Origin: a virus
Taxonomy: Duplodnaviria > Caudoviricetes
IMG/VR virus record: IMGVR_UViG_3300005683_000068
Location: 10,218-74,217 of that record
Reading direction: 5' to 3' (one strand)
Length of the DNA: 64,000 nucleotides
Shown here: piece after piece, positions 53,497 through 62,368 of the stretch
Numbering within the stretch: position 1 is the first letter of the stretch
Layout of the letters: every line of letters starts with the position of its first letter
Notes under the pieces: generated by a model
The model's database searches: none
The model's input: the letters and a program-made list of their open reading frames with translations, nothing else
What the model was told of the DNA's origin: nothing
Program-made: the position numbers and the translations under genes

Positions 53497-53994
53497 CTAT
53501 GGATATTGGAACACTTTGTCTGCCGGTCTGTCACCAGACAACGATAAATAAACGTCCTCTAGTCTCGTCTTTGGAACTGTGCGAGTGTATTTACCAGCGG
53601 CATTCTTTTTCCAATAAGCTGCAATGATCTTGCCATAGTTACCACTGCCATTGTTTTGAACACTCTCGATCACCAGCCGATTCGCTCCATTGATTAGCAA
53701 AGACATATTCAAAGCCACAGTCGGATCAAACAAGGCAGGGGTAATTGGAATGTTTGAATCTGCACCACCAAGAGTAATCGTGTACAGCAAAATAGAGGAT
53801 GGGGTGAGTAAAGAGACTCCACGGGGCTCTACAAAAATCCTGCCAGTGTAAGCGTCCTGATTGTTGTCGATGGTTCCTATTGAAGTCTCATTCAGATAGA
53901 CCTCAAAATTATCATCCTTAATTGCATTGCCATTATAAATGACAATGGCGAACAACTCGTCTGGTTGCTTCCTAGTGAACGGAGCCCAAATCAT
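53497..53994 (-). CDS. Hypothetical virion-associated beta-rich protein
   Basis: Start reassigned to MIWAP...; last gene of the module. Confidence 0.55.
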   Translation of the reverse strand: MIWAPFTRKQPDELFAIVIYNGNAIKDDNFEVYLNETSIGTIDNNQDAYTGRIFVEPRGVSLLTPSSILLYTITLGGADSNIPITPALFDPTVALNMSLLINGANRLVIESVQNNGSGNYGKIIAAYWKKNAAGKYTRTVPKTRLEDVYLSLSGDRPADKVFQYP

Positions 53995-53996
53995 AA

Positions 53997-56477
53997 TCAC
54001 GGTTCCCACGGAGCGACATGATGCCGACCAGTACAAGGATCACGCCAAGTAGAGCACAATTTATCTGCTTCACATTCATCCCCATCAGCAATGGCTTGAA
54101 ATGTCCTACCTGGCACACCTCCATAAACAATCGTTACCTGACCAGCACTTCCTTTTTCAATGGTTGAGGTGGGCTTAACAATGAAACCGCGTTCCTGATT
54201 TGGCACTTGCTCAACAATCCATTCCTCTTGTTCTTCATCCCAAAACAAGATCAAATCATCCCCACTTGTGCATCTCCAGCCATAACTATTTAGAGCTTCT
54301 GTTGGAACAGGATCAGGAGGTAGGCTAAATGGGGAGAAGTTTATTGGCTTAAAATTCTCAATAGGCTCATATTGAATGTCCCCTGACATGAACCCATCTT
54401 GGCCAGTGGAAGAAAATCTAGCTGTAGCACGGAAACACATTTGCTGGCATTCAATAATCTCATACCGATTAGCCTTATCATTCCAAATCGCCCGTCCCTT
54501 GGCACCTTTGGGGATTCTTGGAAACCTGAAAGACTCATCGTACACTTTGACAGTCGGACTGCCATTCCCTTGTATCCTTAGATCGCCTTGTTGAAACTGA
54601 TTGTCAATCTGAACGAAGAAATCAGGATCGCCTTTGTCTCTATTTGATGTAGTAGTGAATTCTATAATGAGAGCATTTCTTTGCATCTCAATAATTTCGT
54701 ACTTCCCATCAGGTCTGATCGAAGCAATACCAAGAGCACCAATAGGACCAGACCAACGGCCAAACACTGAAGATAATCCGTCAACTACTACTATACTCTC
54801 GCCTCCAGTATCATCGTAGGCATTAGCAACTAATCTACAAGTCTTCGCATTAGCAGAAGCATTCACACCCATAGACAGAGCTTCTTGCAACTTGAAAACG
54901 ACTATTTTATTATCAACTGCTCCTGATCTCACTGTGTACACAGGTAGCAAAAATTCTTCCTGTTCATCATCAAAAATAAATGTTCCCGGACTGGAACCAC
55001 ACAGCCTAGCAGGACCATAATACTCATCCTGCTTGGCCTTAACATCTCCCTTCTTATTATCGAAATTATCCAGAAACAAAATCCAGCAGGTGTCATATTT
55101 TTCTACCTGCTGATTATTCCATCTCACTACTCTACCTAAGTGATATTTTACTCCTGAAGATTGGGTTCCTTGTGCATCAGGGCTTACCTCACTTCCAACT
55201 TCCCCTTGGTCATGATGTACTTGCACCATGTTCACAATTCTTGGCCAAACAGGATAAGAATTTCTGTTTATGTCCATTGGCTTCCATGCCTCACACTCAA
55301 CATAACTCTGAGAGTCTCGTTGATAGGACTTTAGCAAGTTGGGTCCAACAAAATACTCAGTAACAATACCACCAAGCACATTAGAACCAGCATCATCCAA
55401 ATTACGCCAAACAACACCCTTAATAAATGGTCCAGGCAGTATATCAGTAACAAATCCTACTAATACCTTATGTTGTTTATCAATGTTCCAACGTGTTTTG
55501 TATCTCTGAAGTCTGTTTTGGTCTCTCTGATCTAATTCCTGTTGATTTGTAACTCCTCCAGTATCATTCAAAATCTTTGGCAAATCATCCCACAAAGCAA
55601 CAGTTCCTCTAGCTCCACTTACTCCTGTAGGAAGCAATGTAGGATTGGTAAAGGATGTAGCCCAATTGCTATTAAATTCTGTATCCTTCTCCTGTCCTAT
55701 TGGATGAAATACTGGATGATAGATTTTAAGATTTGCAGCGACATTGTTGGCTTGGCTGGTTACTGTTTCTCCATCCCACTGAAGAATAGGATCGTTCGGG
55801 AAATCAGAATCACCTTCATCACTTCCTAATTGAACTATCTCATAGCTGTCGTTAAACGGATTATGACGAATTGCACAGTCCAATACATCTAACACAGTAT
55901 TAAGCGTCTGATAGGCATTGTTGCCAATGAATAGCAAATCATTGGCAACACCATCTATAGGCAATTCTGATGGTAGTCCTGGGTATTCTCCCAGAAACAA
56001 ACAAGCATTCCATACCTGCTCAAGAAAATCATCCCAATCATTGAGACTAGTCCCGTCAAGAAAATCACTACCCTTGTCGCTTCTGCGGGGTCTTAGTCTT
56101 ATATTGGAACGAATATCTCCAGTTTCAGAATGATTAGCAGCTAAATTTCTGCTATCTCTAAACTCAACTAAGAACAAAGCATTTGGATCTCCTACTCCTC
56201 CCAAAGAAACCCTCTCGGCATTTACTAACCACAAGCCCTTAAATCTACAAGTAGTTATGTCTCCACCTGGGATTTTCTTTTGAGAGAAGGTGATTGTGTG
56301 TTGTTTGTTGGAATCTAAACTCCTAACATCTCTTCCAACCAAAAGAATATAGGCTGTTGTTGGAGCCGGTCCCAATGGACAAAACACACTATTAGCCTTG
56401 CCCCAAGCAACAGAACCTTTGGGAACAGAAGCAATAGCAGTATATCCATCAACAGAAACATAAGAAGAAATTTGCAT
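53997..56477 (-). CDS. Large putative tail/baseplate protein (826 aa)
   Basis: Long ORF within the structural module; no catalytic motif recognised. Confidence 0.55.
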   Translation of the reverse strand: MQISSYVSVDGYTAIASVPKGSVAWGKANSVFCPLGPAPTTAYILLVGRDVRSLDSNKQHTITFSQKKIPGGDITTCRFKGLWLVNAERVSLGGVGDPNALFLVEFRDSRNLAANHSETGDIRSNIRLRPRRSDKGSDFLDGTSLNDWDDFLEQVWNACLFLGEYPGLPSELPIDGVANDLLFIGNNAYQTLNTVLDVLDCAIRHNPFNDSYEIVQLGSDEGDSDFPNDPILQWDGETVTSQANNVAANLKIYHPVFHPIGQEKDTEFNSNWATSFTNPTLLPTGVSGARGTVALWDDLPKILNDTGGVTNQQELDQRDQNRLQRYKTRWNIDKQHKVLVGFVTDILPGPFIKGVVWRNLDDAGSNVLGGIVTEYFVGPNLLKSYQRDSQSYVECEAWKPMDINRNSYPVWPRIVNMVQVHHDQGEVGSEVSPDAQGTQSSGVKYHLGRVVRWNNQQVEKYDTCWILFLDNFDNKKGDVKAKQDEYYGPARLCGSSPGTFIFDDEQEEFLLPVYTVRSGAVDNKIVVFKLQEALSMGVNASANAKTCRLVANAYDDTGGESIVVVDGLSSVFGRWSGPIGALGIASIRPDGKYEIIEMQRNALIIEFTTTSNRDKGDPDFFVQIDNQFQQGDLRIQGNGSPTVKVYDESFRFPRIPKGAKGRAIWNDKANRYEIIECQQMCFRATARFSSTGQDGFMSGDIQYEPIENFKPINFSPFSLPPDPVPTEALNSYGWRCTSGDDLILFWDEEQEEWIVEQVPNQERGFIVKPTSTIEKGSAGQVTIVYGGVPGRTFQAIADGDECEADKLCSTWRDPCTGRHHVAPWEP

Positions 56478-56479
56478 GA

Positions 56480-56638
56480 TCAGTTCAAATTCTGAATTGA
56501 TTTCTGTTCCTGTTCCTGAATCTCACATAGACTCAGAAGTGCTGATTTTAGCATTTCAATTGCTTGTTCTCTATCCTCTGTCTCAACATCAACTTCTAAG
56601 TCTCCGATTTCATCCATAATAATAATGATCTTGTTCAT
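56480..56638 (-). CDS. 52 aa acidic protein (absent from ORF track)
   Basis: MNKIIIIMDEIGDLEVDVETEDREQAIEMLKSALL...; exactly fills the intergenic gap. Confidence 0.6.
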   Translation of the reverse strand: MNKIIIIMDEIGDLEVDVETEDREQAIEMLKSALLSLCEIQEQEQKSIQNLN

Positions 56639-56639
56639 T

Positions 56640-57830
56640 CTATTTCTCCAATAGGGACATAGCTAAAATTATTTCTTCATCATCTTCTTCCAATTCATAT
56701 TCATCAGGTAAACCTAATGAGTACTTTTTGAATCGGTCCTTTTTCAAATACCAAGGAAGGGCACTAGCTTTCTTTTGAAGTTTTCCTCCTCCGGCAGTTC
56801 CTCCTCCTCCAACTGTAAATCTTGTAATGATAAAGTTGTGAGGAAGGCCAGACAACACCAAAGAAGCCGGACTGGCTGCTTGGGTTGAGATTATACTAAA
56901 ATTATGATCACTGCCAACAAGCGTAAATGATGCTGCTGCTGCAATCAACTTACGATTGTAATACAGGCCGGCATCAATTCCATTTAGTATCAGTCCTGCT
57001 GGAGATGCTATTAGTGGATAGCCGCGTCTTAATGTTGAGGCAAGACCAGTTAAAGTTAGTCCTGCTGGAGATGCTGTGATGTTCCTTCCATAGTTTAGTC
57101 CTGTATTCTGTCCAGTAAGTATTAAACTAGCAGCATCGACAACAAGACTATTAGCACCGGTTTTAGTAAGAGTAGCGTTTAATCCTGTAAGGATTAAAGA
57201 TGCTGCACTTACAGTTAATGGAACATTTCTCTTAAGAGTAGCATCCGTTCCATTGAGAACTAAACTTGCTGCACTTACAGTTAATGGAACATTTCTCTTA
57301 AGAGTAGCATCTAATCCGGTTAAGACTAATGACGCTGGACTTGCAGTTAAAGGAAATGTCTTGCTAAGAGTAGCATCTAATCCGGTTAAAACCAAACTTG
57401 CAGAAGATGCTGTAACATTCCTATTGAAGTAAAGACCAGCAGAACTGCTTAGAACTAAACTTGCCGATTCAACAACTAATGGAACATTTCTCTTTAATGT
57501 TGCGTCTGTTCCGTTTAGAACAAGTGTTGCCGATTCAACAACTAATGGAACATTTCTCTTAAGAGCAGCATCCGTTCCATTGAGAACAAGTGAGGCAGCA
57601 CTACACAACAGGGTTCTGGCTGATCTTAAAGTAGCATCTAACCCTGTTAAAACTAGTGTTGCCGATTCAACAACTAATGGAACATTTCTCTTTAATGTTG
57701 CGTCTGTTCCATTGAGAACAAGCGATGCAGCACTTACAACAAGTGTACGATGATTTAATTCACCAGCCGCAGGTATGGCTAGAGGATTGAGTGACCCTTC
57801 TAGGTTACGTCTCTGGATGAAAGCCGGCAT
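56640..57830 (-). CDS. Tandem-repeat fibre-like protein (396 aa)
   Basis: About 14 copies of a ~21-22 aa unit 'SAASLVLNGTDATLKRNVPLVVE', several near-identical at DNA level; acidic EEDDEE tail. Confidence 0.7.
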   Translation of the reverse strand: MPAFIQRRNLEGSLNPLAIPAAGELNHRTLVVSAASLVLNGTDATLKRNVPLVVESATLVLTGLDATLRSARTLLCSAASLVLNGTDAALKRNVPLVVESATLVLNGTDATLKRNVPLVVESASLVLSSSAGLYFNRNVTASSASLVLTGLDATLSKTFPLTASPASLVLTGLDATLKRNVPLTVSAASLVLNGTDATLKRNVPLTVSAASLILTGLNATLTKTGANSLVVDAASLILTGQNTGLNYGRNITASPAGLTLTGLASTLRRGYPLIASPAGLILNGIDAGLYYNRKLIAAAASFTLVGSDHNFSIISTQAASPASLVLSGLPHNFIITRFTVGGGGTAGGGKLQKKASALPWYLKKDRFKKYSLGLPDEYELEEDDEEIILAMSLLEK

Positions 57831-58531
57831 TACCTAACCCTTTCACCAACAGAGATATTAGTACCTGCTTTGACGCAACAATTGTAGTTGTTGAGAGAAA
57901 CTGCTGGGCACTCTACGAACGCCGCTACTACCGCCCCGTAATCGTCTGAAGTTCCAAAGGTCCAATTGAGATTGAAAGCACCGGCTGTACTTTGAAGATA
58001 GTATTGGATACCTGTGCCATGTGCTCCATCGTCGCTGTTGTTAGTGGACGTTCCAGCCTGAGCAGATGGTGCCCAAGTCTGGGCACCAGTAGCCACGATG
58101 GCAAATAGGATTGCTCCATTGGTCCTAGGTGTGACTGAACCGGGAGAGGGGTTGGTTCCAGTGGCGTTGGCACCGTTGGCCGAATCAAACTGGCTGCCCA
58201 TTCCAGGAGCAGCTTTGCCGGTCAGCCATTGACGATAGATAGAAGCCCCAGAATTATTTGGAAGTTCAAGGAGGTATGTACCGGGCTTCCAGTTGGTCAC
58301 GTACCATAGTTCCGCACTACACTCTGGTGATGCTGCGGCTTTCTGGGTACTGTTCGCTTGGGTCATTGGGACGCCATTGAGTGTTGGTGCCCCTCCCGTA
58401 CGATCAGTTGCCCCTACGACTTTAAGAGCCAGGACTGCTACGGTTTCACCGTTTTCAATCGTTACATTCGTGCGAAGGGGGCTGGCCGATGAAGCGGCAA
58501 GAGCTGTATTGGTGCCGAATGTGTGAGCCAT
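57830..58531 (-). CDS. Virion beta-rich structural protein
   Basis: Ala/Thr/Gly-rich; 'NGVPMT...AELWY' motif resembles the N-domain of the 690 aa fibre. Confidence 0.55.
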   Translation of the reverse strand: MAHTFGTNTALAASSASPLRTNVTIENGETVAVLALKVVGATDRTGGAPTLNGVPMTQANSTQKAAASPECSAELWYVTNWKPGTYLLELPNNSGASIYRQWLTGKAAPGMGSQFDSANGANATGTNPSPGSVTPRTNGAILFAIVATGAQTWAPSAQAGTSTNNSDDGAHGTGIQYYLQSTAGAFNLNWTFGTSDDYGAVVAAFVECPAVSLNNYNCCVKAGTNISVGERVR

Positions 58532-58533
58532 AG

Positions 58534-58794
58534 CTACTTCCGCTCGGAAATATCGTATGTTCGGTCGTAAGTCTCTTTGGTCTGTTCACAGAACGTATGG
58601 AGGCGTTCGTCTAGACTGTAAGTGCCGTTCTCCCTATCCAGTTTCACTGCGATACGTGCAAGCACATTGGATAGGGCTAGGGCAACGGAACCAGAATCAT
58701 AGTTGCGAGTTACACATTGGGTGAGGATTACCTTCTCTAGCTCAGCAGCTTCATAGAAGGTTAGGTCTTGCTGGATATGGGCTATGGTTTGCAT
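58534..58794 (-). CDS. Hypothetical protein
   Basis: Clean ORF coupled to its neighbours. Confidence 0.5.
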   Translation of the reverse strand: MQTIAHIQQDLTFYEAAELEKVILTQCVTRNYDSGSVALALSNVLARIAVKLDRENGTYSLDERLHTFCEQTKETYDRTYDISERK

Positions 58795-59348
58795 TAGTTG
58801 CCTGAGATTAGGTGGTAGTTGTGGCCTGTGAGGGTATTACTGGCACTAGCAGCGGACCAAGTAGCTGTGAGGGACAGTGCTTTATCAGTAGTTAGGTCCA
58901 CGGTACTTGCTGCGGGGGCCGATAAGCCGCCAGCAGACATAGTAGCAATAGCTGGGGCACCTGTAGCTGAACCTACTGTTGGGGCAGTAGTTCCGTTGAT
59001 AACCAACAAACCCATTCCGAAGATGGTTCCAGTAGAGCCATTGCTCCGTGTTTGAAGGGTAGCTTCGATCCACCAGATAGCGTTGGTAACAGTTGGTAGG
59101 GTGACTGTACCGGAGTCGAGGAGTAAAACACCAGCTACACCGCCCCAGCGTACACGGAATCGCAAGGTGGGAGTAGCTGTAGTGCTGTACTTACCGGATG
59201 CAAACAGGATCAACGAACGACCATCCTGCATGTAGTTAGCAGGGATGGTTACGTCGTTGAAGATGATGGTTTCTGCGGCATTGTTGGCAATCGCTGTTCC
59301 GTCTGCTGTTGCCCAAGCAAGTAGTTCTGTCCAAAATTGGCGTGACAC
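58794..59348 (-). CDS. Virion beta-sandwich protein
   Basis: Ala/Thr-rich; coupled ORF. Confidence 0.55.
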   Translation of the reverse strand: MSRQFWTELLAWATADGTAIANNAAETIIFNDVTIPANYMQDGRSLILFASGKYSTTATPTLRFRVRWGGVAGVLLLDSGTVTLPTVTNAIWWIEATLQTRSNGSTGTIFGMGLLVINGTTAPTVGSATGAPAIATMSAGGLSAPAASTVDLTTDKALSLTATWSAASASNTLTGHNYHLISGN

Positions 59349-59358
59349 TTATATTCTC

Positions 59359-60240
59359 CTACCGGGCTAAGCCGGGTCTAAAAGGTGCGGGACGATAACC
59401 ACCTGAACGCATACTATGACGTTGTTGGATGCTTGTTCCAAATGCCCCTCCACCGCCGGCCGCCGCTGTTGCGTTCACCCACGTCCTGTGTGTTTGAGGC
59501 GGGGAGATCAGGCTATACAGCTCGCGCGTCAGCGTCCGTACTTCGGCGGCTGACAATCCGCGGTTGTAAACGCCCGCCGCAAAAATCTTGGCATCATCCG
59601 CAGCCCGGCCCGTAAAGGCGTCGGAATCACCGATGGTGAAGTCCGCACCACTGGGATTGTAAAGGTTGCCGGATGTGGAACGGCTGCCTGCGAGCACGCC
59701 GTCGAGGTACAACGCTTGAGTCGTGCCGTTGTAGGTGCCAACCAGCATGTGATCGACGTTTGTGCTGGGATTGGGGATTTGAAGTTTGTATTCTGTTGCT
59801 CCCGATGCAATCACCCAATCCATTTGGGTGTCATAGACACGCAGGCCGTAGTTCCAGTAGGGCGAAGCTGACCCTTCCCGTCCGCACAAGTAATCGTAGT
59901 TGAACCCAGTATTCCACGAACCCGCGTTAAACAGACAGAACAAGCTCACCTGATTGCCGGTGATGACCAGCGGCGAGGCATTGCCGCAATTCACGACCGC
60001 ATAGGCGTTGCTGAACTGCAAACCACGCCCGCAGCGTCCGCTGGTTCTCGTAGGAGCCGTAGCGCCAAATGTCCCGCGGTTTAGCCCGGCCAAGTCATAG
60101 CATCGCCCGCCGCCGTTCTCATTGAGAAGCCACAGACCCACCAGCCCGCGCGTCAGAGGATTTGGCCAGTTGACGCGGCACGCCCCCGGCGTTTGCGGCT
60201 TGCGCCGTATGTCGTACGTTGGCGTGAGGCAGATAGGCAT
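59359..60240 (-). CDS. LamG/concanavalin A-like domain protein
   Basis: 'LVGLWLLNENGG', 'HMLVGTYNG...LYLDG', 'FTIG', 'YNRGLSAAEV'. Confidence 0.8.
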   Translation of the reverse strand: MPICLTPTYDIRRKPQTPGACRVNWPNPLTRGLVGLWLLNENGGGRCYDLAGLNRGTFGATAPTRTSGRCGRGLQFSNAYAVVNCGNASPLVITGNQVSLFCLFNAGSWNTGFNYDYLCGREGSASPYWNYGLRVYDTQMDWVIASGATEYKLQIPNPSTNVDHMLVGTYNGTTQALYLDGVLAGSRSTSGNLYNPSGADFTIGDSDAFTGRAADDAKIFAAGVYNRGLSAAEVRTLTRELYSLISPPQTHRTWVNATAAAGGGGAFGTSIQQRHSMRSGGYRPAPFRPGLAR

Positions 60241-60243
60241 GGG

Positions 60244-61014
60244 CTATACGACCGTGGCATAGACGCCTGTGTAATACCCGGCGTGATTGCTGTCGGTGCT
60301 GTTGAGGTTTGCGGCCGTATCATGCACGGCCCACAAGCCAAACGCAGTTGGCATTACACCGCCAAACAGTGAGGCCACCGACACCGGCGAGAACCAATAC
60401 GTGCGATTGCTTGTTCCGTCGGTCGTCACGGCCCCGCAGAGTCGCAGTGCAGCCGCTGCGATGTCACGCGACGTTACAGATTTGTTGGCGTCGCTCCCCG
60501 TAAAGCTGTCCGGGTAAATCGGATCATCCTCGTAGGCCGCATAGCACCAGGTTTCAATCGTCTTGGCTGTGGTCGGCGAGGTACCCGTTGTGATTTTTGA
60601 AGACAGCAGATAATCGACGTATTTGTTTGTAGTGTTGCTAACCGCCGTCGATTCGCGCCCCGCGACAAGCGTAGAACTAGTGGCGAGGCTGGCCAGCGTC
60701 CAAGTCAGCGCCGCGCTTGCCGCATAGGCAATCTTCACGTCCGCGTTCGGCTTGAAGGCCAACCACCACGGCGCGCGGCCATGTTCCTCCATGACCGAAT
60801 CATCGAAGCCACGCGGAATTTCGCGGCCCGTGCTGACAAACAGCACGCCCTCTGGATCGCACTTCCGGTGCTTGTGCAGCCAGTCCAGCTGCTGCTGCAA
60901 GTACGACCGTGGATCAGCCACCAGCTTGTGGCGGTGACGACACGTGCGGCAGACCCCTTCCAAGTGAATCTGCACCAGGTCCAAGTCGTCTGGCGGAGCG
61001 ATGACGGCTGACAT
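60244..61014 (-). CDS. Putative structural protein with N-terminal Cys/His cluster (256 aa)
   Basis: Real start MSAVIAPP at 61014 (TAATG coupling); 'TLASLATSSTLVAGRESTAVSN' family. Confidence 0.6.
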   Translation of the reverse strand: MSAVIAPPDDLDLVQIHLEGVCRTCRHRHKLVADPRSYLQQQLDWLHKHRKCDPEGVLFVSTGREIPRGFDDSVMEEHGRAPWWLAFKPNADVKIAYAASAALTWTLASLATSSTLVAGRESTAVSNTTNKYVDYLLSSKITTGTSPTTAKTIETWCYAAYEDDPIYPDSFTGSDANKSVTSRDIAAAALRLCGAVTTDGTSNRTYWFSPVSVASLFGGVMPTAFGLWAVHDTAANLNSTDSNHAGYYTGVYATVV

Positions 61015-61520
61015 TAGGTGGCCCATGCGTTGAGAACGTCTTGATAGGTGAGGCTGCCTTCGAATGTCATCTTCGCAGGTGAGCCGCTGGTTCCTGTGCC
61101 GGTGGCGAACAACTTTTCTGCGCGGCTGGACTTGCGCCTGCCGACCGCTAAGCAGTGATCTCTCTGAGCGGTAGCCTGAGCCGACCCCGTGAAGATCGCT
61201 GCGATCCCAGCCCGCACATTGTCCTGGGCAAAGTTTGCCTGGTCGCCCATAAACATCTGGGTCCAAGCGTTTTGCTCGGCGACACCCTGGTTCTTGTACG
61301 TGGTCCAGTTCCAGTTGGTGGCATCCGCCGACACCGAGTTGTAGATGTCGCTGCGGCTGACAGCAGTGCGCCACACCCAGAAATCTGGCGCAGCTACCAC
61401 ATTGAACGCCTCTGCGACGGTAAACGCGCCGTCGGGAGTTTGGGGAATGACCGCCAGTACCGGATCGTTGAGGATCGCCGTGCGGAGAGCGGCCAGTTGA
61501 GAGCTAGTGAGCATATACAA
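61014..61520 (-). CDS. Conserved hypothetical virion-module protein
   Basis: GGAG RBS; coupled to the downstream gene. Confidence 0.6.
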   Translation of the reverse strand: MYMLTSSQLAALRTAILNDPVLAVIPQTPDGAFTVAEAFNVVAAPDFWVWRTAVSRSDIYNSVSADATNWNWTTYKNQGVAEQNAWTQMFMGDQANFAQDNVRAGIAAIFTGSAQATAQRDHCLAVGRRKSSRAEKLFATGTGTSGSPAKMTFEGSLTYQDVLNAWAT

Positions 61521-61561
61521 GGTCTCCTACGTACTACTCGCCTGCGTAAACGTTGCGGTGA

Positions 61562-61804
61562 TTATTTGCCAGCAGGTCGCTTGTCCAAACCGTGTTCGGC
61601 AAGCAGCGTTGCTACATCCTCAATGTGCAAACAGTCGCACATGCAGGCGTAGTCATTCGGCGGCTGAATTACCGCGATGTTTCCGTTGCAGTAGTCGTTG
61701 CCCGGAGTCGCACTATGGAGCACGCCGAACGAGACAACTTTGCCGCCTTCCAGCTTCACGATTTTGTCGCCGTTTTTTGCTTCACGACCGTTTCTGTAGT
61801 GCAT
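61562..61804 (-). CDS. Small conserved SH3-like protein (MHYRNGREAKNGD...)
   Basis: AGGAG RBS; CNG...C.C.H motif. Confidence 0.65.
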   Translation of the reverse strand: MHYRNGREAKNGDKIVKLEGGKVVSFGVLHSATPGNDYCNGNIAVIQPPNDYACMCDCLHIEDVATLLAEHGLDKRPAGK

Positions 61805-61828
61805 AATAATTCTCCTGGTAAAAGAAAG

Positions 61829-62365
61829 TTACTTCACAACTATGCTTGCCGATCCTAGAAAAATCTCAGACGGATCAACTCGTTCATTCATTCCATAAAT
61901 CAATGTATCATCCACAGGAGAAGTACAACGATTTAAGGATGCCTTGAAAGTAAGATTGGCTGGTTTATCTGCCCGCAAACGGAATCTATAAACCTCCATA
62001 GCCGCTCCAACAGGATTCAATCCAGCAAAAGCTCCACTGCGGATAATTCCTTTGTTGTCCGGTGAAGCAAACAATTGCTTTCCATTGGTATAGGGTTCCT
62101 TAAATGAAAAAGCACCGGGGTGAGCAAAATTTTGCCAGACCATAGAACCATCAAATTCAACATCACAAAAAGCAGCAAAAATACCAGGAGACCCTGGTGT
62201 TCCTCGAACCCACACTACAACATCAAAGAACTTGAATGTTCCGATCTCCTTAATGTTCTGATTTGTACCTGGATTACAACAAGTAATTAGGTATTGAACC
62301 TTTGTCTCTGCCCAAGCAACAGAACTAATCAACAAAAACAATCCAGTAAGCATCATCTTTTTCAT
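61829..62365 (-). CDS. Exported cohesin-like domain protein of planctomycete type
   Basis: Signal peptide; 'GIFAAFCDVEFD...YTNG...GAFAGL...DDTLIYG.NE.V...I..GS.SI.V' recalls the cohesin-like repeats of Pirellulales surface proteins. Confidence 0.6.
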   Translation of the reverse strand: MKKMMLTGLFLLISSVAWAETKVQYLITCCNPGTNQNIKEIGTFKFFDVVVWVRGTPGSPGIFAAFCDVEFDGSMVWQNFAHPGAFSFKEPYTNGKQLFASPDNKGIIRSGAFAGLNPVGAAMEVYRFRLRADKPANLTFKASLNRCTSPVDDTLIYGMNERVDPSEIFLGSASIVVK

Positions 62366-62368
62366 ACA

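Noticed and set aside
56640-60240. Diversity-generating retroelement targeting fibre genes
   Set aside because: No reverse transcriptase and no TR/VR pair differing only at adenines was seen; the repeats are tandem protein repeats.
61015-61374. N-terminal 120 aa of the 376 aa ORF-track call
   Set aside because: Overlaps the real 61014-61520 gene in another frame; TAATG coupling supports a start at 61014.
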